The notes under the pieces are model-generated. The model had not been told where the DNA came from. It ran no database searches and saw nothing but the letters and a program-made list of their open reading frames with translations. Made by a program: the position numbers and the translations under genes. Below, piece by piece: positions 35,832 to 44,962 of a stretch of DNA of 58,379 nucleotides. Within the stretch, counting starts at the first letter, position 1. Each line of letters begins with the position of its first letter. The DNA comes from Candidatus Omnitrophota bacterium (lineage in GTDB: Bacteria > Omnitrophota > Gorgyraeia > Zapsychrales > Fredricksoniimonadaceae): NCBI GenBank assembly GCA_903836515.1, contig CAILQW010000039.1, positions 1 to 58,379 of the forward strand. Reading direction: 5' to 3'.

Positions 35832-36932
35832 GTGACCACAGCCCTTTATATCCACATCCCTGGTTGCGCCCGTAAATGCCCGTATTGTTCCTTTCCGGTC
35901 GTGGCGGGAAAATCTTTTCACGAGGAGATTTATCTTGATGCTGTTGCGCGTGAGGCTTCTCTTCGCGGCGGCCGTGAGGTGTCATCGCTTTATGTGGGGG
36001 GAGGGACACCGTCGTTGTTGTCTGAGGAGGGGATCGCCCGGCTTGGCATGATCATCCGCGAGTATTTTTCCGTCGGGAATGTCGAGCGTGTGTTTGAAAT
36101 GAACCCCGAGAGTGTCACGCCTGCGAAGGCGGCACTCCTTAAATCGCTGGGGTTTAATCGTGTGAGTTTCGGGGCGCAGTCGTTTGATCGGCGTTATTTG
36201 TCCTATTTGGGGCGGACGCACGGGGTGCAGGAAAGTTTTCGCGCTTTTAAAGTGCTTCGAAGCGCCGGATTTGATAATATCAGTGTGGATTTGATGTTCG
36301 GGTTCCCGGGGCAGACCGGCATTGAGCTGGAAGAGGATCTGGATGCTCTTCTATCGCTGGGAAGTGAACATGCGGCAGTTTACGCGCTGACCGTTGATGA
36401 ACGCAGTGTTTTTTACGTGCGGGGGGAAAGGGTTTCCGTCGATGACCAGGGGGAATTTTACCACCGTGTCTGCCAGCGTCTGAATGCCGCCGGATTGATG
36501 CAGTACGAGGTCAGCAATTTTGCGCGGTTGGGGTTTGCTTCGCGCCATAATATGCATTACTGGGAGGGCGGCGATTATGTGGGGCTCGGGATGGGGGCGC
36601 ATTCGCATCTTGACGGCGAGCGGTTCTGGAACACGGATATTTTACCGCGTTATTTGGAACTGATCCGTTCCGGCGGGAACGCTGAGGCGGGTCGTGAGCG
36701 CCTCACACCGCAGGCGAGATTGATGGAGTCATTTGTTTTCGGCCTGCGGATGAATGCCGGGGTGGATCCGCGAGAACTTGAAGCACGTTTCGGCGTCCCG
36801 TTGCCAGATGACCAGCGCGACGAAGTGAAGGCGCTGATCGCCGAGGGGTTCCTGGCCATGGACAACACGCGCATCCGCACAACGGATCAGGGGCGGCTGG
36901 TGTTGGATGCGATATCGTCCAGGTTGATCTGA
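35832..36932 (+). CDS. hemW: Radical SAM heme chaperone
   Basis: LYIHIPGC..KC.YCSF, GGGTPS, E.NP, NRVSFG.QSF, DLMFG.PGQ, YEVSNFA, HN..YW. Confidence 0.9.
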   Translation: MTTALYIHIPGCARKCPYCSFPVVAGKSFHEEIYLDAVAREASLRGGREVSSLYVGGGTPSLLSEEGIARLGMIIREYFSVGNVERVFEMNPESVTPAKAALLKSLGFNRVSFGAQSFDRRYLSYLGRTHGVQESFRAFKVLRSAGFDNISVDLMFGFPGQTGIELEEDLDALLSLGSEHAAVYALTVDERSVFYVRGERVSVDDQGEFYHRVCQRLNAAGLMQYEVSNFARLGFASRHNMHYWEGGDYVGLGMGAHSHLDGERFWNTDILPRYLELIRSGGNAEAGRERLTPQARLMESFVFGLRMNAGVDPRELEARFGVPLPDDQRDEVKALIAEGFLAMDNTRIRTTDQGRLVLDAISSRLI

Positions 36933-36963
36933 CAGTTGGGGTGAACATACAACGGGGTATCCT

Positions 36964-37950
36964 ATGCGTTGGGTTGTGCTTGCGTTATTGTCGGCCCTGG
37001 TGATGCTGGTTGTGGGCACGCTTCAAACCCCCTGGCTTGCCAGGGAGTTATGCCGCCGCGCCTTGACGGGGAAGCCTGGTGTTGTCGTTAAAGAACTGCG
37101 TATCGGCCAGCAGCACTTTTCATTGCCAGGGCGCCTTCAGTTCCGGGATATCCGGCTGGAGCTTGAGGTTAATGCCAAGCGGGTGTCAGTAGACGCCCCC
37201 GCAGTTCTTGTGACAGGCCTGCAGAGTGTGTGGAGCGGCGAGAGGCGGATCTTTGTCAGCGCGGAACACCTGCATGGACGCTACGATGTGGGAGAGGCCG
37301 CTGATGCGGGGCTTCAGTTCACACTGGCGGGGGACAGCATCAGTGGCCCGGTGACGTTGGCGGAGTTGAGCTGGGACAAATTGCGCGCCCGGGAGGTTTC
37401 TGCGTTCGTCATCTTGAATCGTGCCGGCATCGAGGTGCATGCTGTTAAGATGCAGGCTTACGCCGGGAAGGTCACGGGAAATGCTGTCGTTCATCCGGGA
37501 CCGCCGATGACGTATACGGCGGAGATTTTTATCGAGGGGTGCGACGTGGCCCAGCTTACGGATATCAACCGAGACCTGGCTGATCAGTTAAACGGCGCAG
37601 TTACGGGCACCGTGAAATTGGCTGGCGATGCGGTGGCGTTGAAGGCCCTTGACGCGGATCTGACCATGCCTGCGGGAGGCCGTGTGAGCGCTTCGCTTCT
37701 GGCGGCGCTGACGCAGTATTTGCCCCAGTCGCGCGAGAAAAAGCGGCTTGATTTTCTTATCCGTAACGGGGGAAAGCTTGCCATGGAGCTTTTTTCGTTT
37801 ACAATGAAGGGCGTTGGGGAAGGGAAGTTCGCCGGTGAGCTGCGGTTGAGAAGCCGTGAGATCAACCTTGAACTGAACCTGACGCACGAGATCAATACCG
37901 ACGGGACGCTGGCGTCCCTGGCGGCGTATGGACAAAAGTTCCTGAAATGA
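36964..37950 (+). CDS. AsmA-like / YdbH-type intermembrane protein
   Basis: N-terminal anchor, beta-rich body; precedes ynbE- and ydbL-like genes. Confidence 0.6.
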   Translation: MRWVVLALLSALVMLVVGTLQTPWLARELCRRALTGKPGVVVKELRIGQQHFSLPGRLQFRDIRLELEVNAKRVSVDAPAVLVTGLQSVWSGERRIFVSAEHLHGRYDVGEAADAGLQFTLAGDSISGPVTLAELSWDKLRAREVSAFVILNRAGIEVHAVKMQAYAGKVTGNAVVHPGPPMTYTAEIFIEGCDVAQLTDINRDLADQLNGAVTGTVKLAGDAVALKALDADLTMPAGGRVSASLLAALTQYLPQSREKKRLDFLIRNGGKLAMELFSFTMKGVGEGKFAGELRLRSREINLELNLTHEINTDGTLASLAAYGQKFLK

Positions 37951-37959
37951 GGAGGAGGC

Positions 37960-38148
37960 ATGAAACGACCGGAGAAGGTTTTCTTTTTGATCCTGGGCAT
38001 GGCGGTCTTGAGCGGCTGTACCGTGAAAGCCATTGGCGATCCCAATCGTCCGATCACCATCAACGCACATATCACCATTGATATTAAAGGCCTGGAGAAG
38101 ACCGCCTCGAGTATTGAGGACATGGTCAGCGGCGGGCAAACGAAATAA
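37960..38148 (+). CDS. YnbE-like lipoprotein
   Basis: Lipobox LSGC; PITIN..I.ID. Confidence 0.75.
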   Translation: MKRPEKVFFLILGMAVLSGCTVKAIGDPNRPITINAHITIDIKGLEKTASSIEDMVSGGQTK

Positions 38149-38159
38149 GGAGAGGATAT

Positions 38160-38570
38160 ATGAAAAAAGTTTTGGGTTCTTTTGTGTTGGCCGCTGTGAT
38201 GCTGGGTGCGGGCGGTATGGTTATGGCTCAGCCTGGGTATGACATTAAGGTGATGACACCCCAGGTGAAGTCAGCGCTTGAAGCGCGCAAGGCACGTTTT
38301 GCGGAATTGAAAGCGCTTAAGTCGCAGGGGGTTGTGGGCGAAAATAATCGCGGCTATGTCGAGGCCTTGGGCGGCGGGGGGAACGTGAAGGATCTGGTTA
38401 ATGCGGAAAATGCCAACCGTAAAGAAGTCTACCAGGCTATTGTAGAGCAGAACGACCTGGGGGCCGGGTCTTTGGCTACGGTAGAGGGTGTTTTCGCGGG
38501 GGTTCAGCGCGATAAGGCTGCGGCGGGTGAGAAAGTGCAGGATCCCTCAGGCCGCTGGGTCACAAAGTAG
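38160..38570 (+). CDS. YdbL (DUF1318) family protein
   Basis: K.QG.VGENNRGY, LVNAENANR..VY..I, G..VQ...G.W. Confidence 0.88.
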   Translation: MKKVLGSFVLAAVMLGAGGMVMAQPGYDIKVMTPQVKSALEARKARFAELKALKSQGVVGENNRGYVEALGGGGNVKDLVNAENANRKEVYQAIVEQNDLGAGSLATVEGVFAGVQRDKAAAGEKVQDPSGRWVTK

Positions 38571-38593
38571 TTCTATATTCGGGTGATGATCAC

Positions 38594-38628
38594 AAGCCCT
38601 CCGGAAAAGATTTTTCGGAGGGCTTTTT
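38594..38628 (+). terminator. Intrinsic terminator
   Basis: AAGCCCTCCGGAAAA/TTTTTCGGAGGGCTT stem followed by T run. Confidence 0.85.
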
Positions 38629-38727
38629 ATTTTTTGTCGATAGTTCACCTTATATGTTATCTTTATTGTCACCGGATGTTCCGTATTGGTCCATTTCCCG
38701 ACGTATAAAATTCAAAGGAGTTGATTG

Positions 38728-40863
38728 ATGAGAAGGGCGATCTCTTTATTTATTGTGATGGCGTTCCTGTCCAGTTGTGTGATGCCCCGGCAGGGATACG
38801 CCCAGTCGCTCCTGAATTTACCTCAGCCCGGAGAGATGATCGGCCTCTCGGAGAGCTTCATGCCGGTTGTCTTGAAGGGCATGTCGATTCATCCTGAAAA
38901 TCCTTTTTTGTTCGATTTTATCGTGGACAATGGCAATACGGATTTGAAGGGTCAGGCCCTGACCGATGAGACCACCAAACTCGTCAAATACTTCCTCGCC
39001 GGGCTTGCGGTTCCCGAGAAAGAGCTCTGGGTCAACTTGTCGCCGGTCGAAAAAGACCGGATCATGGCGGATCAGTTGAGCCACACCGATGCCGGACGCG
39101 ACATGCTGGGTCAGGACTATATCCTCAAGCAGATCACTTCCACACTCATGTACCCGGAAAAGGATCTGGGGCGCAAGTTCTGGGATGAAATTTACAGCCG
39201 TGTGTATACGAAGTTCGGTAATACCCAAGTTCCGGTGGACACCTTTAACAAGGTGTGGATCACGCCTGATGTGGCCGAAGTCTATCAGCACGAAGGCAAT
39301 GCGTTCGTGACCAAAGCGCATTTGAAAGTCATGTTGGAAACAGATTATCAGGCCGCCCAATCCCAGGATGCAAGTAGGGGCGGGTCTGTGACCCGCCCGA
39401 TTGATATGTCTTCATCGAATGATATCCAAGCCCAGGAATTATCCCGACAAGTTATCCGTGAGATCATCATCCCGGTCCTTGAAAATGAAGTCAATGAGGG
39501 CAGAAATTTTGCACCCTTGAGGCAGATCTTTCATTCCCTGATCCTGGCCGGCTGGTACAAGAATGCTTTGAAGAACAGCCTGTTGAACCAGGTGTACGCG
39601 GGCACCAACAAGGTGGATGGTATTAATACCGCCGACAAGAACGTTAAGGCCCAGGTGTACGCGCAGTACCTGCAGGCCTATCAGAAGGGCGTGTACAATT
39701 ATGTGAAGGATGAGTTCGATCACACGACCCAACAAACTCTGCCACGCAAATATTTTTCGGGGGGTATTGCGGGTTTCTTTTCACCCAAGATCCGGTTCAT
39801 CAAGGATGTTTGGATAGCGCTTCAGTTAGAACGTTGGAACCTGCGTAAGATTTCGTATGAATTTCTAACTATCAAACAGGATTGGTTTGATGGATCTATT
39901 GCGGATGAAAATGCCTTGAAGGAAGCGTTGTTACAGACAATATTTTCACCGGAAGCTCTTGTAGTCGATAAACGTGCGGCGTACAGGACGCTGCGTGCCA
40001 TAGGCCATCATCTTTATGCCGGTGATTTCCGATGGCTCGAGGTGCCTTTGGCACAAAATGATTCTTGGGCCATGGCGTTTAAGATCGTGGCCCTGGCGCC
40101 GCAGGCGCCGCCGTTGACCCATTGGGAAGTAACGGGTCTTCTCATCGGGGTGAAGACATCTTTTCTGCGCGTGCGGGACAATGTGTGGGGAAAAGCAGCT
40201 ATCGCGCGGCTTATACAAAGACCGCCAGTGATGGTGCCGGGGGAAACTTTTCGTAAAGAAGAAGCGGAATTGCGGCAAGTGTTGAGGGAATATCGTGAGC
40301 CCGTAGTGACCATGGCGGTGTCTGTGGTGAATATGTTTTTGTGGCATGGAGATACGGGGGCGCGGGCCCTGGACAAGACATTGGAAATATTCCAGTGGTT
40401 CGTACAACCATTAGATTTTCTTCATGGCGGCGAAGCCGCGGCCAGGTTGATGATCGAGTACCCGCAGAAAAGAGCGCAAGAAGCTGTAGGTTTGGTGCTT
40501 AAGTTGCAAAAGCAAACAGGAGGGAAGTGGAGCGAGGTTAAGAAAATTATTTTTAATGTTGATTCTCGGCGGGGCCCCTACGCGCAGGAGATCGCCTGGT
40601 GGGGAAAAAGAGGTTCTTCGGAATTAGTAATGAAAGAATTGCCGGTTCAGGGTGGTATCGACCTGGGCCAGGGGGATTATCTTAAGGTGGTTGGGACAGA
40701 TGCTGCCGGATTGCCGCAGTTCGATCCCGCCCAGCTCATGCAATTCCAGAAAGACCTGCGCGGGTTCGTGCCGGTGCCGGCGGGCTTTCCTCAGCCGGTC
40801 AATATCCGGCCGTTAATGGGGTTTGATCCGGCGGGAGCCGAAGCGGTCGTTACGCAGATGTGA
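38728..40863 (+). CDS. Modular secreted protein 2 (paralog of 13429-15753)
   Basis: AAGGAG RBS; signal peptide; shared motifs HP..PF.FDF, LVKYFLA.L.VP, WVNLSP.EKDRI, GRD.L.QDY.LKQ, FNKVWI.PD, EVNEG..FAPLRQ, PRKYFSGG; C-tail GGIDL. Confidence 0.85.
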   Translation: MRRAISLFIVMAFLSSCVMPRQGYAQSLLNLPQPGEMIGLSESFMPVVLKGMSIHPENPFLFDFIVDNGNTDLKGQALTDETTKLVKYFLAGLAVPEKELWVNLSPVEKDRIMADQLSHTDAGRDMLGQDYILKQITSTLMYPEKDLGRKFWDEIYSRVYTKFGNTQVPVDTFNKVWITPDVAEVYQHEGNAFVTKAHLKVMLETDYQAAQSQDASRGGSVTRPIDMSSSNDIQAQELSRQVIREIIIPVLENEVNEGRNFAPLRQIFHSLILAGWYKNALKNSLLNQVYAGTNKVDGINTADKNVKAQVYAQYLQAYQKGVYNYVKDEFDHTTQQTLPRKYFSGGIAGFFSPKIRFIKDVWIALQLERWNLRKISYEFLTIKQDWFDGSIADENALKEALLQTIFSPEALVVDKRAAYRTLRAIGHHLYAGDFRWLEVPLAQNDSWAMAFKIVALAPQAPPLTHWEVTGLLIGVKTSFLRVRDNVWGKAAIARLIQRPPVMVPGETFRKEEAELRQVLREYREPVVTMAVSVVNMFLWHGDTGARALDKTLEIFQWFVQPLDFLHGGEAAARLMIEYPQKRAQEAVGLVLKLQKQTGGKWSEVKKIIFNVDSRRGPYAQEIAWWGKRGSSELVMKELPVQGGIDLGQGDYLKVVGTDAAGLPQFDPAQLMQFQKDLRGFVPVPAGFPQPVNIRPLMGFDPAGAEAVVTQM
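39374..39398 (+). repeat. GTAG-type REP palindrome inside a coding sequence
   Basis: GTAG-GGGCGGGTC-TGT-GACCCGCCC, perfect 9-bp stem. Confidence 0.7.
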
Positions 40864-40892
40864 CGTGTTGAAGTGTCAGTATTTATTCAAGG

Positions 40893-40921
40893 ACCGGGGG
40901 CGTTCATGCTCCCGGTTTTTT
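40893..40921 (+). terminator. Intrinsic terminator between convergent genes
   Basis: ACCGGGGGC/GCTCCCGGT stem followed by T run. Confidence 0.65.
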
Positions 40922-41999
40922 ATTTGATCTTCCACGCATCCGCCACAGCATCGGCATGACGGAAAAGGTTGAACAGCGAGGTATGGATGAGCGCACGGTA
41001 GCGGGGTGCCATGCGCAGGCTCTGAAGAATGGTGTCGGCTTTGGCCGCGCGGGTGCGCATGGCGTCAAGTGCGTAGGCCAATGACCCGGCCTCGACGAGG
41101 ATGGTCCTGATCGTGTCCAGGTCGGTGAGTGTCGGCGAAGGTTTGAGGAAGAGTTTCATGAAGTGCGCCTTGGCGGCACCGTGCAGCGTCCTGTACGCGT
41201 GCACCATGAGCAGTGTCTTTTTCTGTTCCGCGAGGTCGCTTAAGATGGATTTGCCGATGGCTTGTTCTGTTTCAAAGATCCCGATGATGTCATCCTGAAT
41301 TTGGAACGCCTGCCCGATCAGCAGGCCGAATGCGGCCAGGCGCCGCGTTTCACGTGCGGGCGCTCCGGCCAGGATGGCGCCGGTCACCAGCGGGCAGTCA
41401 AAGGTGTACCGCGCGGTCTTCAGCGAATAATTCAGGAATACGTCTTTTTCCGTGATGTTCTTGAGCTGGTCCACCCCGTGCAGGGTATCTACAAATTCTC
41501 CCATGGCCGTGAACGCGGCTGTCTGGATAAAATATTTGAGTGCGCGTTCCTTGCGCGCGGGATCTTCCTTGATGGACAAGAAAGCGTCGATGGCCAGGGC
41601 GTAGACAATATCGCCCGCGATGATCGCCAGGTCCGTCCCCAGCCTGTCGGGGTCTGCGGCAGGGACGGCTTGTTGCAGCAGGCGGTGCATGGTCGGCTTG
41701 CCGCGTCTCAGGTCGGAGCGGTCGATGATGTCGTCGTGAATGAGCATGAAATTGTGCAAAAACTCGATGCAGGTCGAGGCATTGTAAAGCGAGGGGGGGA
41801 CCCTTTTGCCTTGAGGCAGATAGCCCTTGTAGCTGAGGATGAGCAAAAGAGGGCGGATGCGTTTGCCTTCGCGCAGGGAGAATTCGCGGATGCTGGCGTA
41901 GAGAATTTTTCCCGCGAGATGGAATTTGTATTCTTTCTCGACGAGGTCAAGGAAGGATGCAAGGCTGGTGTCGATTTTCTGGCGCAGCGCATTTAACAT
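40920..41999 (-). CDS. Polyprenyl diphosphate synthase (GGPP synthase type)
   Basis: GKRIRP, LIHDDIID.SD.RRG (FARM), KTARY, FQIQDDI (SARM). Confidence 0.92.
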   Translation of the reverse strand: MLNALRQKIDTSLASFLDLVEKEYKFHLAGKILYASIREFSLREGKRIRPLLLILSYKGYLPQGKRVPPSLYNASTCIEFLHNFMLIHDDIIDRSDLRRGKPTMHRLLQQAVPAADPDRLGTDLAIIAGDIVYALAIDAFLSIKEDPARKERALKYFIQTAAFTAMGEFVDTLHGVDQLKNITEKDVFLNYSLKTARYTFDCPLVTGAILAGAPARETRRLAAFGLLIGQAFQIQDDIIGIFETEQAIGKSILSDLAEQKKTLLMVHAYRTLHGAAKAHFMKLFLKPSPTLTDLDTIRTILVEAGSLAYALDAMRTRAAKADTILQSLRMAPRYRALIHTSLFNLFRHADAVADAWKIK

Positions 42000-42113
42000 G
42001 AGGGATATGGTAGCACGAACCCTCAGTGCGTCCAAGTGCGAAATTGATTGACGATGGCCGGAAAGTTTTTACAATCGAATGTATATGCGGCCCATAACAA
42101 CAGGGGGAATGAT

Positions 42114-42791
42114 ATGAGGATAGTGTTCGCGTTGCTGGTAGCGATGTGCATTGGCGCCATGCCGGCTCTGGCTGATACGGTGAAGTTGAAAAACGGAACT
42201 GTGGTGGAAGGGAAGATCCTTGAAAAGACCGCAGACGCTGTCAAGATGGATGTCAGCGGCATGACATTAACATATTACAGCGATGAGATCGATACGGTGC
42301 AGTCCGCCCAGGAAGCCGCGGCGCCTGCGCAGCCTGTTGTGGCCGATACGGCCGCTGTCCCGCCGGCCTCCGATGCGCCTGCCGCTGTGGCACCCGCGCC
42401 CGTGACGGATAATGCTTCCGACGATGGTGTGGCATCCATGAGCAAGGACGCCTTGATCCGCAAGTTTGTTCAAATTTATGGGGTCAAGGAGAATATGCAG
42501 GCGAACTTTGACCAGATGACAGCGACTCTTAAGCCGGACCAGGCGGAAGCGTTTCGCGCGGCGATCAAGGTGGATGATATTGTTGAGCAGTTACTGCCGA
42601 TTTACGACAAACATTTTTCGGAAGATGATCTGCGTGCCTATATCCATTTTTATGCCTCGCCGCAAGGCAGGAAGCTGGTGCAAACCCTTCCGCTCTTGAT
42701 GAAGGATTCTGTGGATGTGAGCATGAAGTACCTTGACGTGCATCTTCCGGAAAGCCTTAAGCAGGCTCAACCGGATCAGGCTGGCAACTAA
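42114..42791 (+). CDS. Exported DUF2059-domain protein
   Basis: Signal peptide ALA; DTVKLKNG..VEGKI N-module; Ala/Pro linker; YDKHFSEDDL....FY.SP.GRK. Confidence 0.75.
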   Translation: MRIVFALLVAMCIGAMPALADTVKLKNGTVVEGKILEKTADAVKMDVSGMTLTYYSDEIDTVQSAQEAAAPAQPVVADTAAVPPASDAPAAVAPAPVTDNASDDGVASMSKDALIRKFVQIYGVKENMQANFDQMTATLKPDQAEAFRAAIKVDDIVEQLLPIYDKHFSEDDLRAYIHFYASPQGRKLVQTLPLLMKDSVDVSMKYLDVHLPESLKQAQPDQAGN

Positions 42792-42835
42792 ACCGTTGTG
42801 GCGCAATATTTTACATCGTTTTATGTAAAAATTAT

Positions 42836-42864
42836 TTGATTTCGAGAGTGTTCTTTGTTATATT
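42836..42864 (+). promoter_or_regulatory. Promoter of pur operon
   Basis: TTGATT (42836-41), 17 nt with extended TG, TATATT (42859-64). Confidence 0.6.
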
Positions 42865-42918
42865 AGAGCCTCCTTGAACATCAGATCCGGGCCGTCATTT
42901 ATTAAAAGGAGACATAAT

Positions 42919-44214
42919 ATGATTGACAGGTATACGCTTTCCAAAATGGGGCGCCTTTGGTCCGAACAGCATAAGCTTGAGATCATGCTCCAGATTGAGG
43001 TCCTTGCCTGTGAAGCCATGTCCGGCCTGGGGAAAATCCCAAAACCTGCCCTTGAAAAAATAAAAAAGAACGCGAAATTCGATCTTGACGAGGTCAAGCG
43101 CATCGAGGAACGCACCAAGCATGATGTCGTGGCGTTCATCCAGAACGTCGGGCAGAACCTTGGGCCCGAGGCGCAGTATCTTCACATGGGGATGACATCC
43201 TCCGACCTTCTGGATACCGCACTTTCCGTGCAGTGCGTTGAGGCCAGCGAGATCATCATCGGCGATATCAAGAAGCTTCTGGGTGTTTTGAAACTCAAAG
43301 CCAAAAAATACAAGGACACGGTTTGCATCGCGCGCACGCATGGTGTGCACGCTGAGCCCATGACCTTCGGGCTCAAGCTTGCCATTTGGTACGACGAGAT
43401 GAGCCGGAACCTGATCCGCCTTGAAGCGGCTGCGGAAGACATGCGTATCGGCAAACTTTCTGGCGCGGTGGGGACGTATGCCAATATTGATCCGCAGGTC
43501 GAACAGTATGTTTGCGACAAATTGAAACTGAAGCCGGCCAATATTGCCACCCAGGTCATTCAGCGCGATCATCATGCGCACTTTCTTAATGTCCTGGCGC
43601 TGGTGGGGGCATCGCTGAGCAAATTCGCCACCGAGATCCGCCTGTTGCAGAAGACCGAGGTACTCGAGGTCGAAGAGCCTTTTTTCAAGGGCCAGATCGG
43701 GTCTTCCGCCATGCCGCACAAGCGCAATCCTGTCACCTGTGAACGTATTTGCGGGCTGGCGCGCATCCTCAAGGCCAATGCCCAGGTTGGTATCGATAAC
43801 ATGGACCTGTGGCATGAGCGCGATATCAGCCATTCGTCAGCAGAGCGCGTGATCCTTCCGGACAGCACCATTGCGCTTGATTATATGCTCAACAAGTTCA
43901 TCCCGCTGGTGGAAGGGCTTCTCGTCTATCCCAAGAACATGATTGAGTCCCTGCAGAAGACTCGCGGTCTCATTTATTCCCAGCGCTGCCTGCTGGAACT
44001 GATGAAAAAGGGGTTGCCGCGCTCCGAGGCGTACGAGATCATCCAGAGCTGTGCCATGCAGGTGTGGCAGGAAACATCCGATTTCAAGGATGTCCTTTCC
44101 CGCGACCGGCGCGTGCGCAAGCATATGTCGCAGGATGAGATCAACGCCTGTTTTGATATCAAGTATTACATCAAGCACCGGGACCTTATTTTCAAAAAAG
44201 TGGGGTTGAAATAA
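42919..44214 (+). CDS. purB: Adenylosuccinate lyase
   Basis: MIDRY, TKHDVVAF, TSSD, RTHGVHAEP, GSSAMPHKRNP, WHERDISHSS. Confidence 0.97.
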   Translation: MIDRYTLSKMGRLWSEQHKLEIMLQIEVLACEAMSGLGKIPKPALEKIKKNAKFDLDEVKRIEERTKHDVVAFIQNVGQNLGPEAQYLHMGMTSSDLLDTALSVQCVEASEIIIGDIKKLLGVLKLKAKKYKDTVCIARTHGVHAEPMTFGLKLAIWYDEMSRNLIRLEAAAEDMRIGKLSGAVGTYANIDPQVEQYVCDKLKLKPANIATQVIQRDHHAHFLNVLALVGASLSKFATEIRLLQKTEVLEVEEPFFKGQIGSSAMPHKRNPVTCERICGLARILKANAQVGIDNMDLWHERDISHSSAERVILPDSTIALDYMLNKFIPLVEGLLVYPKNMIESLQKTRGLIYSQRCLLELMKKGLPRSEAYEIIQSCAMQVWQETSDFKDVLSRDRRVRKHMSQDEINACFDIKYYIKHRDLIFKKVGLK

Positions 44215-44927
44215 TGGAAAAGCGTGCGAAGCTTTACGAGGGCAAGGCCAAGATCCTTTATGCGACCGATGATCCGGATTGTGTCATCCAGTATTTTAAG
44301 GATGATGCGACCGCGTTCAATGCCAAGAAAAAAGGCACGGTCGACGAGAAGGGGGTCATGAACAACAGCATCTCGGCCAAAGTTTTCGAGTTCCTTGGCC
44401 AGAACGGGATTCCGACGCATTTTCTCAAACTTCTTTCGGACCGGGAAATGCTTGTCAGGAAAGTGGAGATCGTCAAGGTTGAGGTTATCATCCGCAACCG
44501 GGCGGCAGGGTCTTTGTGCCGCAATTATGGCGTGACAGAAGGCCGGACACTCGCATGCCCCGTGCTGGAATTCTGCTACAAGGAAGATGTTTTCAACGAC
44601 CCCTTGATGAATGAAACACATATTTTGGCGCTGGGGATCGCTACCGAGAAAGAGATTGCCAGGATCCGCGAGCTTACCCTGAAGATCAACGAGCTTATGA
44701 AGAAGTTTTTCCTTGCCCTGAACATTGAACTCATTGATTTCAAGCTGGAGTTCGGCCGCCATAAAGGCGAGATCATCCTTGCTGATGAGGTATCTCCGGA
44801 CACCTGCCGCCTTTGGGAAGTGGGGACCGGGGTGCGCCTGGACAAGGACCGCTTCCGCAATGACCTTGGCAATATTAAGGAAGGGTATCAGGAAGTGTTG
44901 AAGAGAGTTACGGGTAAGGCAGTTTAA
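44214..44927 (+). CDS. purC: SAICAR synthase
   Basis: LYEGKAK, FKDDATAF, DFKLEFG, LADEVSPDTCRLW, DKDRFR. Confidence 0.97.
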   Translation: MEKRAKLYEGKAKILYATDDPDCVIQYFKDDATAFNAKKKGTVDEKGVMNNSISAKVFEFLGQNGIPTHFLKLLSDREMLVRKVEIVKVEVIIRNRAAGSLCRNYGVTEGRTLACPVLEFCYKEDVFNDPLMNETHILALGIATEKEIARIRELTLKINELMKKFFLALNIELIDFKLEFGRHKGEIILADEVSPDTCRLWEVGTGVRLDKDRFRNDLGNIKEGYQEVLKRVTGKAV

Positions 44928-44962
44928 ATTAATCCAGGTCCTTTTTACACCCCTCCTTATTT

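Noticed and set aside
42792-42918. Purine or ZTP riboswitch before purB
   Set aside because: Predicted leader is only about 50 nt and lacks the consensus motifs.
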